A stretch of DNA of 64,000 nt from Bacteroidota bacterium (lineage in GTDB: Bacteria; Bacteroidota; Ignavibacteria; Palsa-1295). Under the pieces are notes generated by a model. It saw only the letters and a program-made list of their open reading frames with translations. It made no database searches and had not been told where the DNA came from. Shown here in pieces: positions 17,162-26,543 of this stretch. The stretch is taken from NCBI GenBank assembly GCA_030706385.1, contig JAUZOQ010000004.1, forward strand, positions 6,171 through 70,170, in the 5' to 3' direction. The number at the start of each line of letters is the position of its first letter. Positions within the stretch are counted from its first letter, which is position 1. A program made the translations under genes and the position numbers.

Positions 17162-19756
17162 TTACTGAGAGGACATCGCTCTAATGAATTCAGGTACTTT
17201 CGAAAGTGCTTCGGTTAGTCTTTCAGGGTGCTTCCCACCGGCTTGCGCGAAATTCGGCCTACCTCCACCCTTTCCTCCGACTACTTCCGATACGAGACCA
17301 ACAAGTTTACCTGCAACAACTTTTTTCTCTTTCACGATATCGTCTGAGACGAGCGCTATTAGTGAGGCATTACCATCCAGCTTCGTACCAAGCACAATGA
17401 TTTTCCCATCTCCCATTGTGGACTGCAGCAATTCGGCAAATGACTTAAATTCTTCTGCATTCGCAGCTCTGACTTCCGTCGCAACGGCATTAAAACGAGT
17501 ACCTTCGATCAGAGAAGTCGACTTGATAATACTTTCGGCTTCGGATTTACGCGAGTTGATTTTGAGCTTAGCGATCTCTTTTTCAAGCTTCCGCTTCTCC
17601 TCTTCTAGCTGCTCCCGTTCGCTCAAAAGCACATCATGCTGAGTCATTTGGTCGCTAATCCACTTCTCCACTCCTCGCCCGGTAACCGCTTCAATGCGCC
17701 TGGTGCCGCTGGCTATACTGGACTCACTAATGAGTTTGAGCAGCCCAATCTCACTCGTATTCTGAACATGCGTTCCTCCGCAGAATTCTCGCGAAAAAGG
17801 ACCGAAATCGACAACATTGACACTTGAGCCGTACTTATCTCCAAAGAACATGAGTGCACCCATTTTCTTCGCCTCTTCGAAGGGGATGTTCCGATGGTGC
17901 TGCAGCTTGATGGCTTCTCTGATCTTGTCATTGACAAGTTCTTCGATGTTGTGCAGTTCCTCTGCCGCGACCTTCTGGTAGTGTGCAAAGTCGAAGCGCA
18001 ATCTGTTTTCCGTCACGAGTGAACCGGCCTGATGTACATGCTCTCCGAGGATTTGTCGAAGTGCAGAATGCAGGAGATGCGTTGCAGAGTGGTTCCGCAT
18101 GATGTCATATCGGCGAGTCCTGTCGATCGTAGCAATTGCCCTGGAGCCCTCAGAGATCGCAGATCCTTCGCCTTCAATGATATGGGCAATCGCTGCACCA
18201 CCGAGCTTTCGGACGTCTGTTACATGGAAAGGGTTGCCGTCAACCACGAGAACACCGGTGTCAGAAATTTGACCTCCTGACTCAGCGTAAAAAGGTGTTC
18301 TATCAAGTACGACTAAATTCTCAGATGCAAGTAATACCGATCCGGCATCTTCAAAACTATCATATCCTGTAAATTTAGACTCAACATCAACAGATTCAGT
18401 GGTAGCAATTTCTCTGTGCTTTTTTGAAGCATGGACAAGTTTGCTGCGATTTTTCTGTTCTGTCAGCAATTCGTCAAATTTCTTCATGTCAACCGAGAGA
18501 CCTCTTTCATGAGCAAGCACTTGAGTGAGATCAATTGGGAATCCAAAGGTGTCGTATAACTTGAACGCTTCTTCACCTCCGATAAATGGCGATTCAGATT
18601 CTTCTTCACGAAGTGCAATCTCATCGAATAGAGAAAGCCCACGATCGAGTGTCGCATTGAAGCTCTCCTCTTCTCCTAAGATAACCTTAAATAAATGCTC
18701 CCGTCTCTCTTTGAGCTCAGGAAAGACTCCACCCATAGTTTGGACGACGATGGAAGAGAGTTCACAAATAAACGGTTTCCTAAAATCAAGCTTTCTTCCA
18801 TATCTTGCTGCCCTTCGAAGTACTCTGCGAAGAACGTATCCTCGGCCTTCATTTCCGGGTAACGCACCATCGGCGATCGCGCAACTCAACGTACGGACAT
18901 GATCAGATAGCACCCGCATGGCTATGTCAGTCTCCTCACTTGAGCCATAGGCAATCCCACTGTTGGCCTCTATCCACTTGATATAGGGAGAGAAGATGTC
19001 CGTATCGTAATTTGAGGCTTTGCCCTGCATTACCGCAGTTACACGCTCAAAGCCCATCCCCGTGTCGACATGCTTCTGCGGAAGGTCTTCAAGTACGCCA
19101 TCAATATTCCTATTATGCTGAATAAATACAAGATTCCAAATTTCTATGACATCTGGTGTTCCGGCATTGACAAGTTTTCCGCCAATCTTATCCGGAGTCT
19201 TATCATAATGAATCTCGGAACATGGTCCACAGGGACCAGTTTCTCCCATCTCCCAGAAATTGTCTTTCGGCCCAAAACGGAGGATATGGGACGGATCAAT
19301 ATCTGTGACGGTACCCCAAAGCGTTTCGGCTTCGGTATCTGTTTCGAACACGGTTGCATAAAGTCGCGACTTATCAAGACCCCAAACTTTCGTAAGCAAT
19401 TCCCAAGCCCAGGCAATTGCTTCTTTCTTATAATAATCTCCAAAACTCCAATTACCAAGCATCTCGAACAGAGTGTGGTGGTATGTATCGCGGCCAACTT
19501 CTTCGAGGTCATTATGTTTTCCCGAGACTCTGATACACTTCTGTGTATCCGCGCATCGAGTATAAGGACGAGTTCCTTCGCCAAGGAACACATCCTTAAA
19601 CTGGTTCATACCCGCATTGGTGAAAAGAAGAGTCTTATCACCGTGAGGGATTACCGGAGCACTAGGAACAATTGTATGCCCTCGCTCACGGAAAAAATTG
19701 AGAAAGCTTTGTCGGATTTCCTGAGATGTCATTGAAAGGGTTGAAATTCGGTACAA
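17162..19756 (-). CDS. alaS: Alanine--tRNA ligase
   Basis: 864 aa. N-terminus MTSQEIRQSFLNFFRERGHTIVPSAPV and the class II catalytic core. C-terminal DHHA1-like domain. Confidence 0.95.
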   Translation of the reverse strand: MYRISTLSMTSQEIRQSFLNFFRERGHTIVPSAPVIPHGDKTLLFTNAGMNQFKDVFLGEGTRPYTRCADTQKCIRVSGKHNDLEEVGRDTYHHTLFEMLGNWSFGDYYKKEAIAWAWELLTKVWGLDKSRLYATVFETDTEAETLWGTVTDIDPSHILRFGPKDNFWEMGETGPCGPCSEIHYDKTPDKIGGKLVNAGTPDVIEIWNLVFIQHNRNIDGVLEDLPQKHVDTGMGFERVTAVMQGKASNYDTDIFSPYIKWIEANSGIAYGSSEETDIAMRVLSDHVRTLSCAIADGALPGNEGRGYVLRRVLRRAARYGRKLDFRKPFICELSSIVVQTMGGVFPELKERREHLFKVILGEEESFNATLDRGLSLFDEIALREEESESPFIGGEEAFKLYDTFGFPIDLTQVLAHERGLSVDMKKFDELLTEQKNRSKLVHASKKHREIATTESVDVESKFTGYDSFEDAGSVLLASENLVVLDRTPFYAESGGQISDTGVLVVDGNPFHVTDVRKLGGAAIAHIIEGEGSAISEGSRAIATIDRTRRYDIMRNHSATHLLHSALRQILGEHVHQAGSLVTENRLRFDFAHYQKVAAEELHNIEELVNDKIREAIKLQHHRNIPFEEAKKMGALMFFGDKYGSSVNVVDFGPFSREFCGGTHVQNTSEIGLLKLISESSIASGTRRIEAVTGRGVEKWISDQMTQHDVLLSEREQLEEEKRKLEKEIAKLKINSRKSEAESIIKSTSLIEGTRFNAVATEVRAANAEEFKSFAELLQSTMGDGKIIVLGTKLDGNASLIALVSDDIVKEKKVVAGKLVGLVSEVVGGKGGGRPNFAQAGGKHPERLTEALSKVPEFIRAMSSQ

Positions 19757-19807
19757 AAAACCGTATCAGTATTGTCTTGCTAGTCTCTTCGACCTCAATA
19801 CTACTGG

Positions 19808-19846
19808 TATAAAACAAAAAAGCGCCGAAATGTTTACTTCCGGCGC
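19808..19846 (-). terminator. Rho-independent terminator downstream of clpS (minus strand)
   Basis: GC hairpin gcgccg-N12-cggcgc (19821-19845). On the minus strand it is followed by TTTTTTGTTTTA (the complement of 19811-19820). Confidence 0.6.
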
Positions 19847-19865
19847 ACTAAAAAAAAGCTCCTAC

Positions 19866-20192
19866 TCAGGTAATAATTTGGGTGTGGAGACCAATTTCCT
19901 CAAGAATTGAACTTACATTCAGGCATTCCGAGATATTCCCGTCGAAGACCAATGATTTGCCTTGAGTGTGGACCTCCCAGGCAATCTTCTCGGCATGTTC
20001 TTCAGTGCAATTAATTGCCTTGCATACCTGAAAAATCACCTCGTCAAATGTGTGGAAATTGTCATTAAATAGAACTACCTTGGTGGGTACTTCTATGATA
20101 GTTTCCACATCATCATTGAGGAATTCCAGAGTCTCCGTCGAAGCACGAAGACTATCCACCTGCCACAATGCCTCTGCTAAATCAAATATCAT
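19866..20192 (-). CDS. clpS: ATP-dependent Clp protease adaptor ClpS
   Basis: VVLFNDNFHTFDEVIFQVCKAINCTEEHAEKIAWEVHTQGKSLV matches the ClpS core (VILHNDD..TM.FV...L...F......A..IM..VH..G.A.C). Confidence 0.75.
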   Translation of the reverse strand: MIFDLAEALWQVDSLRASTETLEFLNDDVETIIEVPTKVVLFNDNFHTFDEVIFQVCKAINCTEEHAEKIAWEVHTQGKSLVFDGNISECLNVSSILEEIGLHTQIIT

Positions 20193-20286
20193 TCCCGAAT
20201 CGAACTAGGATTATTAACACTTCAATAAACACTAACATCGATAAAAGGTCGCGAAGTTTCGCCGGGAAAATTGCGGGACGACGTTA

Positions 20287-21150
20287 TTATCCCAAGAAAT
20301 TGCGCAAAGGCTTAGTTTTTTGGGCATGCCTCAGGCGACGAATGGCTTTTTCTTTGATCTGGCGCACACGCTCTCTCGTAAGATGAAATTTATCGCCTAT
20401 CTCTTCAAGTTGCATGGGCGGCTGATCATCAAGCCCATAAAAAAGCTCAAGGACTTCCCTTTCTCTTGTTGAAAGCGTCAATAATGCACGCTTGACCTCT
20501 AGCCTAAGGGAATCGTTCATCAAGATCATGTCAGGCGGCAACTGCTGAGGGTCCTGCAGAACATCCAGAAGCCTGTTATCTTCACCTTGTGCAAATGGTG
20601 CATCGACGGAAAGGTGTCGACCGGAAATTTTTAATGTCTCCGATACTTCGGCAGAACTCATGTCCAGTTTATCCGCAAGCTCAGAAGCGGTCGGTTCACG
20701 TTCAAACTCCTGCTCAAGCTGAGAGAATTTCTTTCCGATCTTATTGAGAGCACCAACTCGGTTCAGAGGTAACCGGACGATTCGCGACTGCTCGGCCAAG
20801 GCCTGAAGAATAGATTGGCGAATCCACCAGACCGCATAGGAAATAAATTTGAATCCTCGCGTTTCATCAAAGCGTTTGGCAGCTTTGATCAACCCAAGGT
20901 TTCCCTCATTGATCAGGTCACCTAAGGAAAGGCCCTGATTCTGATACTGTTTAGCAACAGATACAACAAATCGCAGATTGGCTTTTACCAATATCTCCAG
21001 CGCTCGCTGGCTATCTGGCCCGCTTGCTCTAATACGTCGGGCAAGCTCGATCTCCATAGTGGAGTTCAGAAGATCCATTCTGCCGATCTCCTGCAGGTAC
21101 ATATCCAGCGACTGGCTTTCTCGATTTGTGTATTGTTTTGAAATCCTCAT
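20287..21150 (-). CDS. rpoD: RNA polymerase sigma-70 family factor, primary-like (short 287-aa SigA form typical of Bacteroidota/Chlorobi)
   Basis: Region 2 ([37 protein letters not shown]), region 3 and region 4 ([26 protein letters not shown]). Confidence 0.8.
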   Translation of the reverse strand: MRISKQYTNRESQSLDMYLQEIGRMDLLNSTMEIELARRIRASGPDSQRALEILVKANLRFVVSVAKQYQNQGLSLGDLINEGNLGLIKAAKRFDETRGFKFISYAVWWIRQSILQALAEQSRIVRLPLNRVGALNKIGKKFSQLEQEFEREPTASELADKLDMSSAEVSETLKISGRHLSVDAPFAQGEDNRLLDVLQDPQQLPPDMILMNDSLRLEVKRALLTLSTREREVLELFYGLDDQPPMQLEEIGDKFHLTRERVRQIKEKAIRRLRHAQKTKPLRNFLG

Positions 21151-21235
21151 ACTGATTTACAGGCTGATAGTCGAAGGCTTATAATAACGATGCTCTAAAT
21201 ACTTCAAAATGAATTTTTTTGTTCCACAATAATTC

Positions 21236-21646
21236 TCAAGCACTGGGAACCTCTTCGCTTGATCGTATCACTGGCACTACTTTCATCGCATGATATCGAT
21301 CAAAATAAACCTTCGTAAGAATCGTAAGCTTAGATGCCTTAGCCATGCCGATCGTCAGAGCTTCCCGATGAGATGGAATTATTCCAGTCGCATGTTCAAT
21401 CTCCAGTGCGGTTTCTGCAAAACTCTGAGCAAACCGTGCGTTGAAGCCGAGGACCCGAACCACCATAAGTAGTCGCAGAACAGCATCACGCTCATCCTGA
21501 GTTACTGCAGCTCGGAATAGCTCGAGTGCATTAAACATCGTTGTGTAACAGATTCCAGTAGTCAAAGCTTCTCTCAGGATGGTCTTCCCCTTCTGCGATG
21601 CAAGGAGATAGTCGGTCATTATGTCGGTCTCGATCAGGAACTGCAT
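21236..21646 (-). CDS. PIN-domain-like protein (putative VapC-type toxin)
   Basis: 136 aa. N-terminal MQFLIETDIM resembles the PIN strand-1 acidic motif. Mid Glu (ALELF) and late Asp (YFDRYH) at plausible positions. Lies 17 nt downstream of a 60-90 aa ORF in the same orientation. Weak, unverified assignment. Confidence 0.35.
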   Translation of the reverse strand: MQFLIETDIMTDYLLASQKGKTILREALTTGICYTTMFNALELFRAAVTQDERDAVLRLLMVVRVLGFNARFAQSFAETALEIEHATGIIPSHREALTIGMAKASKLTILTKVYFDRYHAMKVVPVIRSSEEVPSA

Positions 21647-21663
21647 CTTGTAAAATCTGAATG

Positions 21664-21936
21664 TTAGCAGTAACCAACCACTCTCTTGCCAAAATCTGTT
21701 TGCGCCAGCGTACCTTCTACCGCGAGAGCCAAGGCAACGATGGCCGGTTCAAGCTGCTGGATTCGTGAGATCTCCTCCACCTCACTTCGTGATCCTTCAT
21801 TTCTTGCATCCCACAATACCATTTCAACGGGCATTCCGTCCTCCATGCTAGGATGCGGCTCCTGTAATTCTATGAGCCACGACCTGGAATCTGTTAAGCG
21901 AAGAATTCCTTGCGAATGAATTGGGCGAACTGACAT
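21664..21936 (-). CDS. Small hypothetical protein upstream of the PIN-like gene (possible antitoxin partner; start uncertain)
   Basis: 90-aa ORF; an internal Met (MEDGMPVEMVLWDARNEG...) would give about 60 aa. No recognisable DNA-binding motif by eye. Confidence 0.25.
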   Translation of the reverse strand: MSVRPIHSQGILRLTDSRSWLIELQEPHPSMEDGMPVEMVLWDARNEGSRSEVEEISRIQQLEPAIVALALAVEGTLAQTDFGKRVVGYC

Positions 21937-22021
21937 ACTGACAAAGCTTGGTAGTTGTCAAAGGGCTAACCTATTGGTACGAGGCTTTGTTCCGACGGAC
22001 TTAGTACAAACGAAGGAAAGC

Positions 22022-24244
22022 TCAGTAGACAATTACCTCATTGCCCCCACGTTCCTTCGCTTTATCAAGGGCCATTTTAGCACAAGTGAGAATATCATCA
22101 GTAGTCGAGTTGCGACGTGCACCTGCCAGACCAATACTTGTTGTGATAGAAAAACTCTTTCTGCCGAGAGCGATGACTTCACTGACAATCTTTTGACGGA
22201 CTTTCTCACTCCAGAGATAAGCTTCCTCATCAGTCATCTTGATAAGCAAGACTGCGAATGTGTATTCACCCACACGAGCCAAAACATCGAATGGCTGCTT
22301 CAGATACTGGAGAACTCCAGTCAAAGCGAGAACGATGGTGTCGAGGTCTTCCTGGTTAAACCGTTCGGCGAACTGAACAATATCATCGATCTCAAAAAGG
22401 ATAACCGATAAGGGTTCATCGAATTCTTTGGCGCGAGCAAGTTCTTCACCGAGCCGCTCATCGAAACCACGTTTGTTCAGAATACCTGTCAGGATGTCAG
22501 TCAATGCTCTGTCATGCACGATCTCGCTCAAGGCAAGGATCTCTAATGCCGCTGCCGCACTTCGCGTAAGATGCTCGAGCGCCTCAATATCGACATCAGT
22601 AAATCTTGCAGTTTCAGAATGCTCTACAGCTAATGCTCCGTAATTCTTCTGGGACGTCCTGATTGGGATCACCAGAAAAGAATGCCCGACTGATTTTTCG
22701 CGAGATTCATCCAAAGAGAATCGCGTGCTCTGTTGGGTCAGGGAGTCAATGCGTTCACTTTTGCCCGTTCTCAGACACTTTCCGATTATGCTTTCAGCAA
22801 GGTCAATGCGAGTCTTCGGAGCAATGTAGCTCTCACTCGCTTTTGCCTGCAGATTATGTATGCCCCATGCGCGTTGGGCAACGTCAAATGAAATCGTGGC
22901 AAACCACTCCCAATCGATCAGCTCGCCGGCAGCCTCACTGAGCGCCCGAAGAATATATTCAGCAGTGCGCTCCGAATCACGGGGTGCATGAAGAGAAAAG
23001 TCAGCCGAGGAAAGATGATGTAATTTCCGCGCAGACTCCAAAGTCCGTGCAGAGGAGAGCAGATCGTAAGTCTCGATATAAGAACGGACAAGTCCGGATA
23101 TCAAGCGGGAATATTCTGTCAATAACCGCAGCGTCTCCGCGGAGAATTGGTCTTCAATAAGTGAATCGACTGCGACTACTGCCACGAGGGAATCACCAAA
23201 GAATACGGGCATCGCGGCAAATGAACGGACTCCGATTACATCCGTATAATATGGAATCAGATCGTATTCAGCTTGTGGAGCGATTCGCTGGATCAATTGA
23301 GGTTCTGCGCGAATAGCCGTCTTACTCACAGCATCATTTTCGATGGAATACCGCCGTTCGGGCACGAGATATTTAAAAGCGAAATCATCAAGTGATGCAC
23401 ATTCCAATACGAGATGTTGCTTCCGCGAATTCATCCAAAAAAAGAGCGCGCTCTGTGCTTCGACATGCTCACGAAGTAACTCAAGCAGCTCCGAAAGCAT
23501 CATAACAAAATCCTTTCGCGGCTCACGAGGTTCACCGGACCGGCGCGGGACTGAGTCGAAACCTCGCAGTGAATCTAAATATACCTTTATCGAAGGTTCG
23601 ATGACCTCCTTATACGATATCTCCTGTTCAGCGATCGCTGGCTGCTCAATGTCGTCTTCGATCGCTTCTGACCCATAATTCGAAGATTCCTCAGATATGA
23701 TCGTGGGCCCTTCTTGAAGAATCAGGGTTTCTTCCTCCTCGTACTCGATACCAGGCTGCTCGGTTTCTGATGATGTAGTTACAATTATTCGAATCTCCTC
23801 AGGTTCAGGTGGTGGGATCGTATCAGCAGAATTTGGGAGAGAAACTGGTGATGGAAAAGCGCCTGATTCCGGGACATCTTCTTTCTTCGGGATCTTCTTC
23901 ACCCGAATTAGCGATCGCTCTTCATCCGAGAAATATGGGGCAGAAAGAGGATGAATCGGAGCAGGGGCTGCATCCCAATGATGTTCGGCATCCTCATTTG
24001 TTGAATCTGCTTTTCCTCCAAAGAGCTTAGATGAGATTTTTGTACCGCCACCCAAGATATCACCTTTCATAGAGCGAATCCGGGGAATTGCATTTCTCAA
24101 AAAACCAGGCCGCGGTGCATTCTCCTCGGAGGCAGCGCGTTCGATCTCAAAGTCATCGAAGGTAATACGCCTAACTGGACGCTTGGAATCGTCCTCATCA
24201 CCCTCTTTCGGCAGACTCCTATTTTCGTCTTCTTCCGTCATCAT
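22022..24244 (-). CDS. GAF-GAF-GGDEF domain protein with degenerate diguanylate cyclase active site and ~270-aa acidic/Pro-rich disordered N-terminus
   Basis: C-terminal GGDEF-fold (LTGILNKRGFDERL ... RVGEYTFAVLL ... SIGLAG ... ALDKAKERGGNEVIVY). The GG[DE]EF signature reads GEYTF and no RxxD I-site precedes it. Two GAF-like domains. N-terminus rich in E/D/P/S. Confidence 0.7.
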   Translation of the reverse strand: MMTEEDENRSLPKEGDEDDSKRPVRRITFDDFEIERAASEENAPRPGFLRNAIPRIRSMKGDILGGGTKISSKLFGGKADSTNEDAEHHWDAAPAPIHPLSAPYFSDEERSLIRVKKIPKKEDVPESGAFPSPVSLPNSADTIPPPEPEEIRIIVTTSSETEQPGIEYEEEETLILQEGPTIISEESSNYGSEAIEDDIEQPAIAEQEISYKEVIEPSIKVYLDSLRGFDSVPRRSGEPREPRKDFVMMLSELLELLREHVEAQSALFFWMNSRKQHLVLECASLDDFAFKYLVPERRYSIENDAVSKTAIRAEPQLIQRIAPQAEYDLIPYYTDVIGVRSFAAMPVFFGDSLVAVVAVDSLIEDQFSAETLRLLTEYSRLISGLVRSYIETYDLLSSARTLESARKLHHLSSADFSLHAPRDSERTAEYILRALSEAAGELIDWEWFATISFDVAQRAWGIHNLQAKASESYIAPKTRIDLAESIIGKCLRTGKSERIDSLTQQSTRFSLDESREKSVGHSFLVIPIRTSQKNYGALAVEHSETARFTDVDIEALEHLTRSAAAALEILALSEIVHDRALTDILTGILNKRGFDERLGEELARAKEFDEPLSVILFEIDDIVQFAERFNQEDLDTIVLALTGVLQYLKQPFDVLARVGEYTFAVLLIKMTDEEAYLWSEKVRQKIVSEVIALGRKSFSITTSIGLAGARRNSTTDDILTCAKMALDKAKERGGNEVIVY

Positions 24245-24265
24245 ACAAATTTACGAACACTTTGC

Positions 24266-25297
24266 CTAACGAAGCAACTCTACGACAGTTTCCTGCTTGG
24301 ATCGTTGAACCGTAGCAAAGCTCTTACCTTCTTTATCGATTGATTTTGATTCAATCTTCATCGAGAATGATTTTTCTTCTGTCCTACGACTATACGCCAA
24401 CATCCCTGTTCGAATATCTAAGTATCGTACATCCTTATTTTCATACGTGAATGTAGGAAGAGTGGTGCGGTAGACCGTATCGTCAAGAACCCTCTCGACT
24501 GGACTTAGACTCGCCTCCTCCGAAAAGACGGCATACACCCTAGAATCCTTCTCCTCAAGCCGTAACACCGTCTGCTTGAAATTCTTTTGCATAGGGAATG
24601 TCAAGTTACCCCAAACTGCATCGTCCTCTTTGTAGGATGTTGTGAAAGAAGAGTCCTTGCCAACTGAATCCTCAGGAAGGAACGGAAAAATATTATCGAA
24701 ATCGTTCTTCAACGTCGCCGACACTTGATCTTCAAGAGTGCTCTGCTCATCATCTGTTTGGAGTGAGTCTTCGAGTCCGGCATAGATCTCATCAACTACA
24801 TTGTAATATCCGTAAAAATCTTTATCCGATCCGGTAGAATCGTAGATCCCCCCAAAGTCATACCCTCCCAATACCCCTATCCGAGAGAAGAGCGGATTGC
24901 TCCGGTCCTCGAAGCGTGCCGAGGAAAATGAATTCTGGACACCATTATTATCTATGGTGTGATGGATGGAGTCAATTCGAAGCTGAAAATCTGTCGCATC
25001 ATTTATTCGCCTTGACCGCACGGTGATGGTAATGAAGAAATTTGTGGATGCGGAGGCTTTGTCGTTCGGTTTTAAAGTAAGCCAATCGCCGACTCGAAAA
25101 AGATCGTCGGAATTCTTAATGGATACCTGTCGCTTGAAACTCAGTTTGTAATGGAACACGTCTCCGACGGCAGGCTTAAGTCGTAATACACAACTACCGC
25201 CGACTTCCTTTCCCGATTGGGACGGGTTGATAAGTGGCTGGGCACTAAGTGATTGTGACAGCATCAGAACAACAAAGGTAACACTCGTTATTTTCAT
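24266..25297 (-). CDS. Secreted hypothetical protein (paralog A of a tandem pair)
   Basis: Signal peptide MKITSVTFVVLMLSQSLSAQ. C-terminal region (TFPMQ...GMLAY...VVELLR) is homologous to the adjacent gene 25325..26380. Confidence 0.55.
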   Translation of the reverse strand: MKITSVTFVVLMLSQSLSAQPLINPSQSGKEVGGSCVLRLKPAVGDVFHYKLSFKRQVSIKNSDDLFRVGDWLTLKPNDKASASTNFFITITVRSRRINDATDFQLRIDSIHHTIDNNGVQNSFSSARFEDRSNPLFSRIGVLGGYDFGGIYDSTGSDKDFYGYYNVVDEIYAGLEDSLQTDDEQSTLEDQVSATLKNDFDNIFPFLPEDSVGKDSSFTTSYKEDDAVWGNLTFPMQKNFKQTVLRLEEKDSRVYAVFSEEASLSPVERVLDDTVYRTTLPTFTYENKDVRYLDIRTGMLAYSRRTEEKSFSMKIESKSIDKEGKSFATVQRSKQETVVELLR

Positions 25298-25324
25298 TCG
25301 ATCGCTTAATTACATTCAGTGGAG

Positions 25325-26380
25325 TTATTTCAGAAGTTCGACTTTTGTATTGCTCTTTGCGTTCTCTTCCGTAGTGATCGACTTGCCTACTGCTTGCGCG
25401 GACTCGAGGGTGAGTGTGTAGATCTTGTCTTCAAATACGTTTCTGTAGACTAGCATTCCTGATGCGTCTTCAACGCGTATTTCTTCCTTCGTAGACATTG
25501 TGCAATTGCTCAGAGTTGCCTTCACCGGTCCTTCTTCGATCACGGAACGCACCGGTCTCGCTACCGAACTTGTCGAAAACGCGGCCAACGTCTTATCACC
25601 TCGTTCTTCAAACCCAGTCAGGATTTGCTTAATGGTTACCTGCATAGGAAACGTTACCGATGCAGCGATAGGGATATTCTCTTCATACTCAGTCCTCTGC
25701 GTTGAATCCTTGGCAAGAGGTACATCGGGATAGTGCATGAGGGTTTCGAGAATGTACTGGCCTATTCTTGCATTGATCTGGTTCTTGATCGCTTCACCTT
25801 GTTTTATCTTTATTGAATCGGGGTAAGGCTTCAATATCTTCGTGATGATATTTGAAGTACCATAGACTTCCTTGATGTCCCCAAATTTCGTAATGATAAT
25901 TCCGATATCTTCCCCCAAAAAAGCTGCGAAAGTTGCGAATCTGGGATCATTTCTATCTGCGGTCCGGCTGCTGGAAAGCTCTATTTTCATTGTATCCTGA
26001 GTAAGCTTAACACTTACAGAATCAAACTTCACAGTCATGTCCACGCTGGAATCGGCGCGTATCGCTCGCACAGTTTCACGAATGTAAATGGAATTATCAG
26101 CTGAGGCCGATTGGTGCATTGGTGGCTGATCGGGAGCAGAGCCATTTTCGGTGGAGACAGAGTGCTGAAAAATATGATACCGGTATGTATCCCCAACTTT
26201 CGGTCTTATAAAGATCCGATGCTCTTTCTCTGAGATAGTAACAACTTTCGCCGTTTCAGAGCTGTCATAAACCGGGGCCGGAGTGCCGGGAGGAGATCCA
26301 CCTTCCTTCCTACATGACGATAAAGAGTAAGAGAAAAAAATAACAGCACTAAAGAAAACAATAGTCTTAGAAAATTTCAT
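25325..26380 (-). CDS. Hypothetical lipoprotein (paralog B of a tandem pair)
   Basis: Start chosen at MKFSKTIVFFSAVIFFSYSLSSC (lipobox). The ORF-track extension to 26515 lacks a signal. C-terminal TFPMQ...GMLVY...KVELLK is shared with 24266..25297. Confidence 0.55.
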   Translation of the reverse strand: MKFSKTIVFFSAVIFFSYSLSSCRKEGGSPPGTPAPVYDSSETAKVVTISEKEHRIFIRPKVGDTYRYHIFQHSVSTENGSAPDQPPMHQSASADNSIYIRETVRAIRADSSVDMTVKFDSVSVKLTQDTMKIELSSSRTADRNDPRFATFAAFLGEDIGIIITKFGDIKEVYGTSNIITKILKPYPDSIKIKQGEAIKNQINARIGQYILETLMHYPDVPLAKDSTQRTEYEENIPIAASVTFPMQVTIKQILTGFEERGDKTLAAFSTSSVARPVRSVIEEGPVKATLSNCTMSTKEEIRVEDASGMLVYRNVFEDKIYTLTLESAQAVGKSITTEENAKSNTKVELLK

Positions 26381-26543
26381 TTTAGGTTCGGTTGGTTTAT
26401 CGAGTATATGACGATGCCATGCAAAAATACCACAGAACCAAGCCGTGGCACTGAAGTAGAACATAATCCCCGGAACAGATGGCCATTGTGAAGCCTGTAT
26501 TGGCCTGTGCAACAAAGAATGATACTTCGGAACTGGTGACTCG

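Noticed and set aside
17184-17642. 152-aa Ser-rich plus-strand ORF
   Set aside because: Antisense to alaS. Biased composition caused by the alaS coding frame.
19070-19735. 221-aa plus-strand ORF
   Set aside because: Antisense within the alaS catalytic domain. No motifs.
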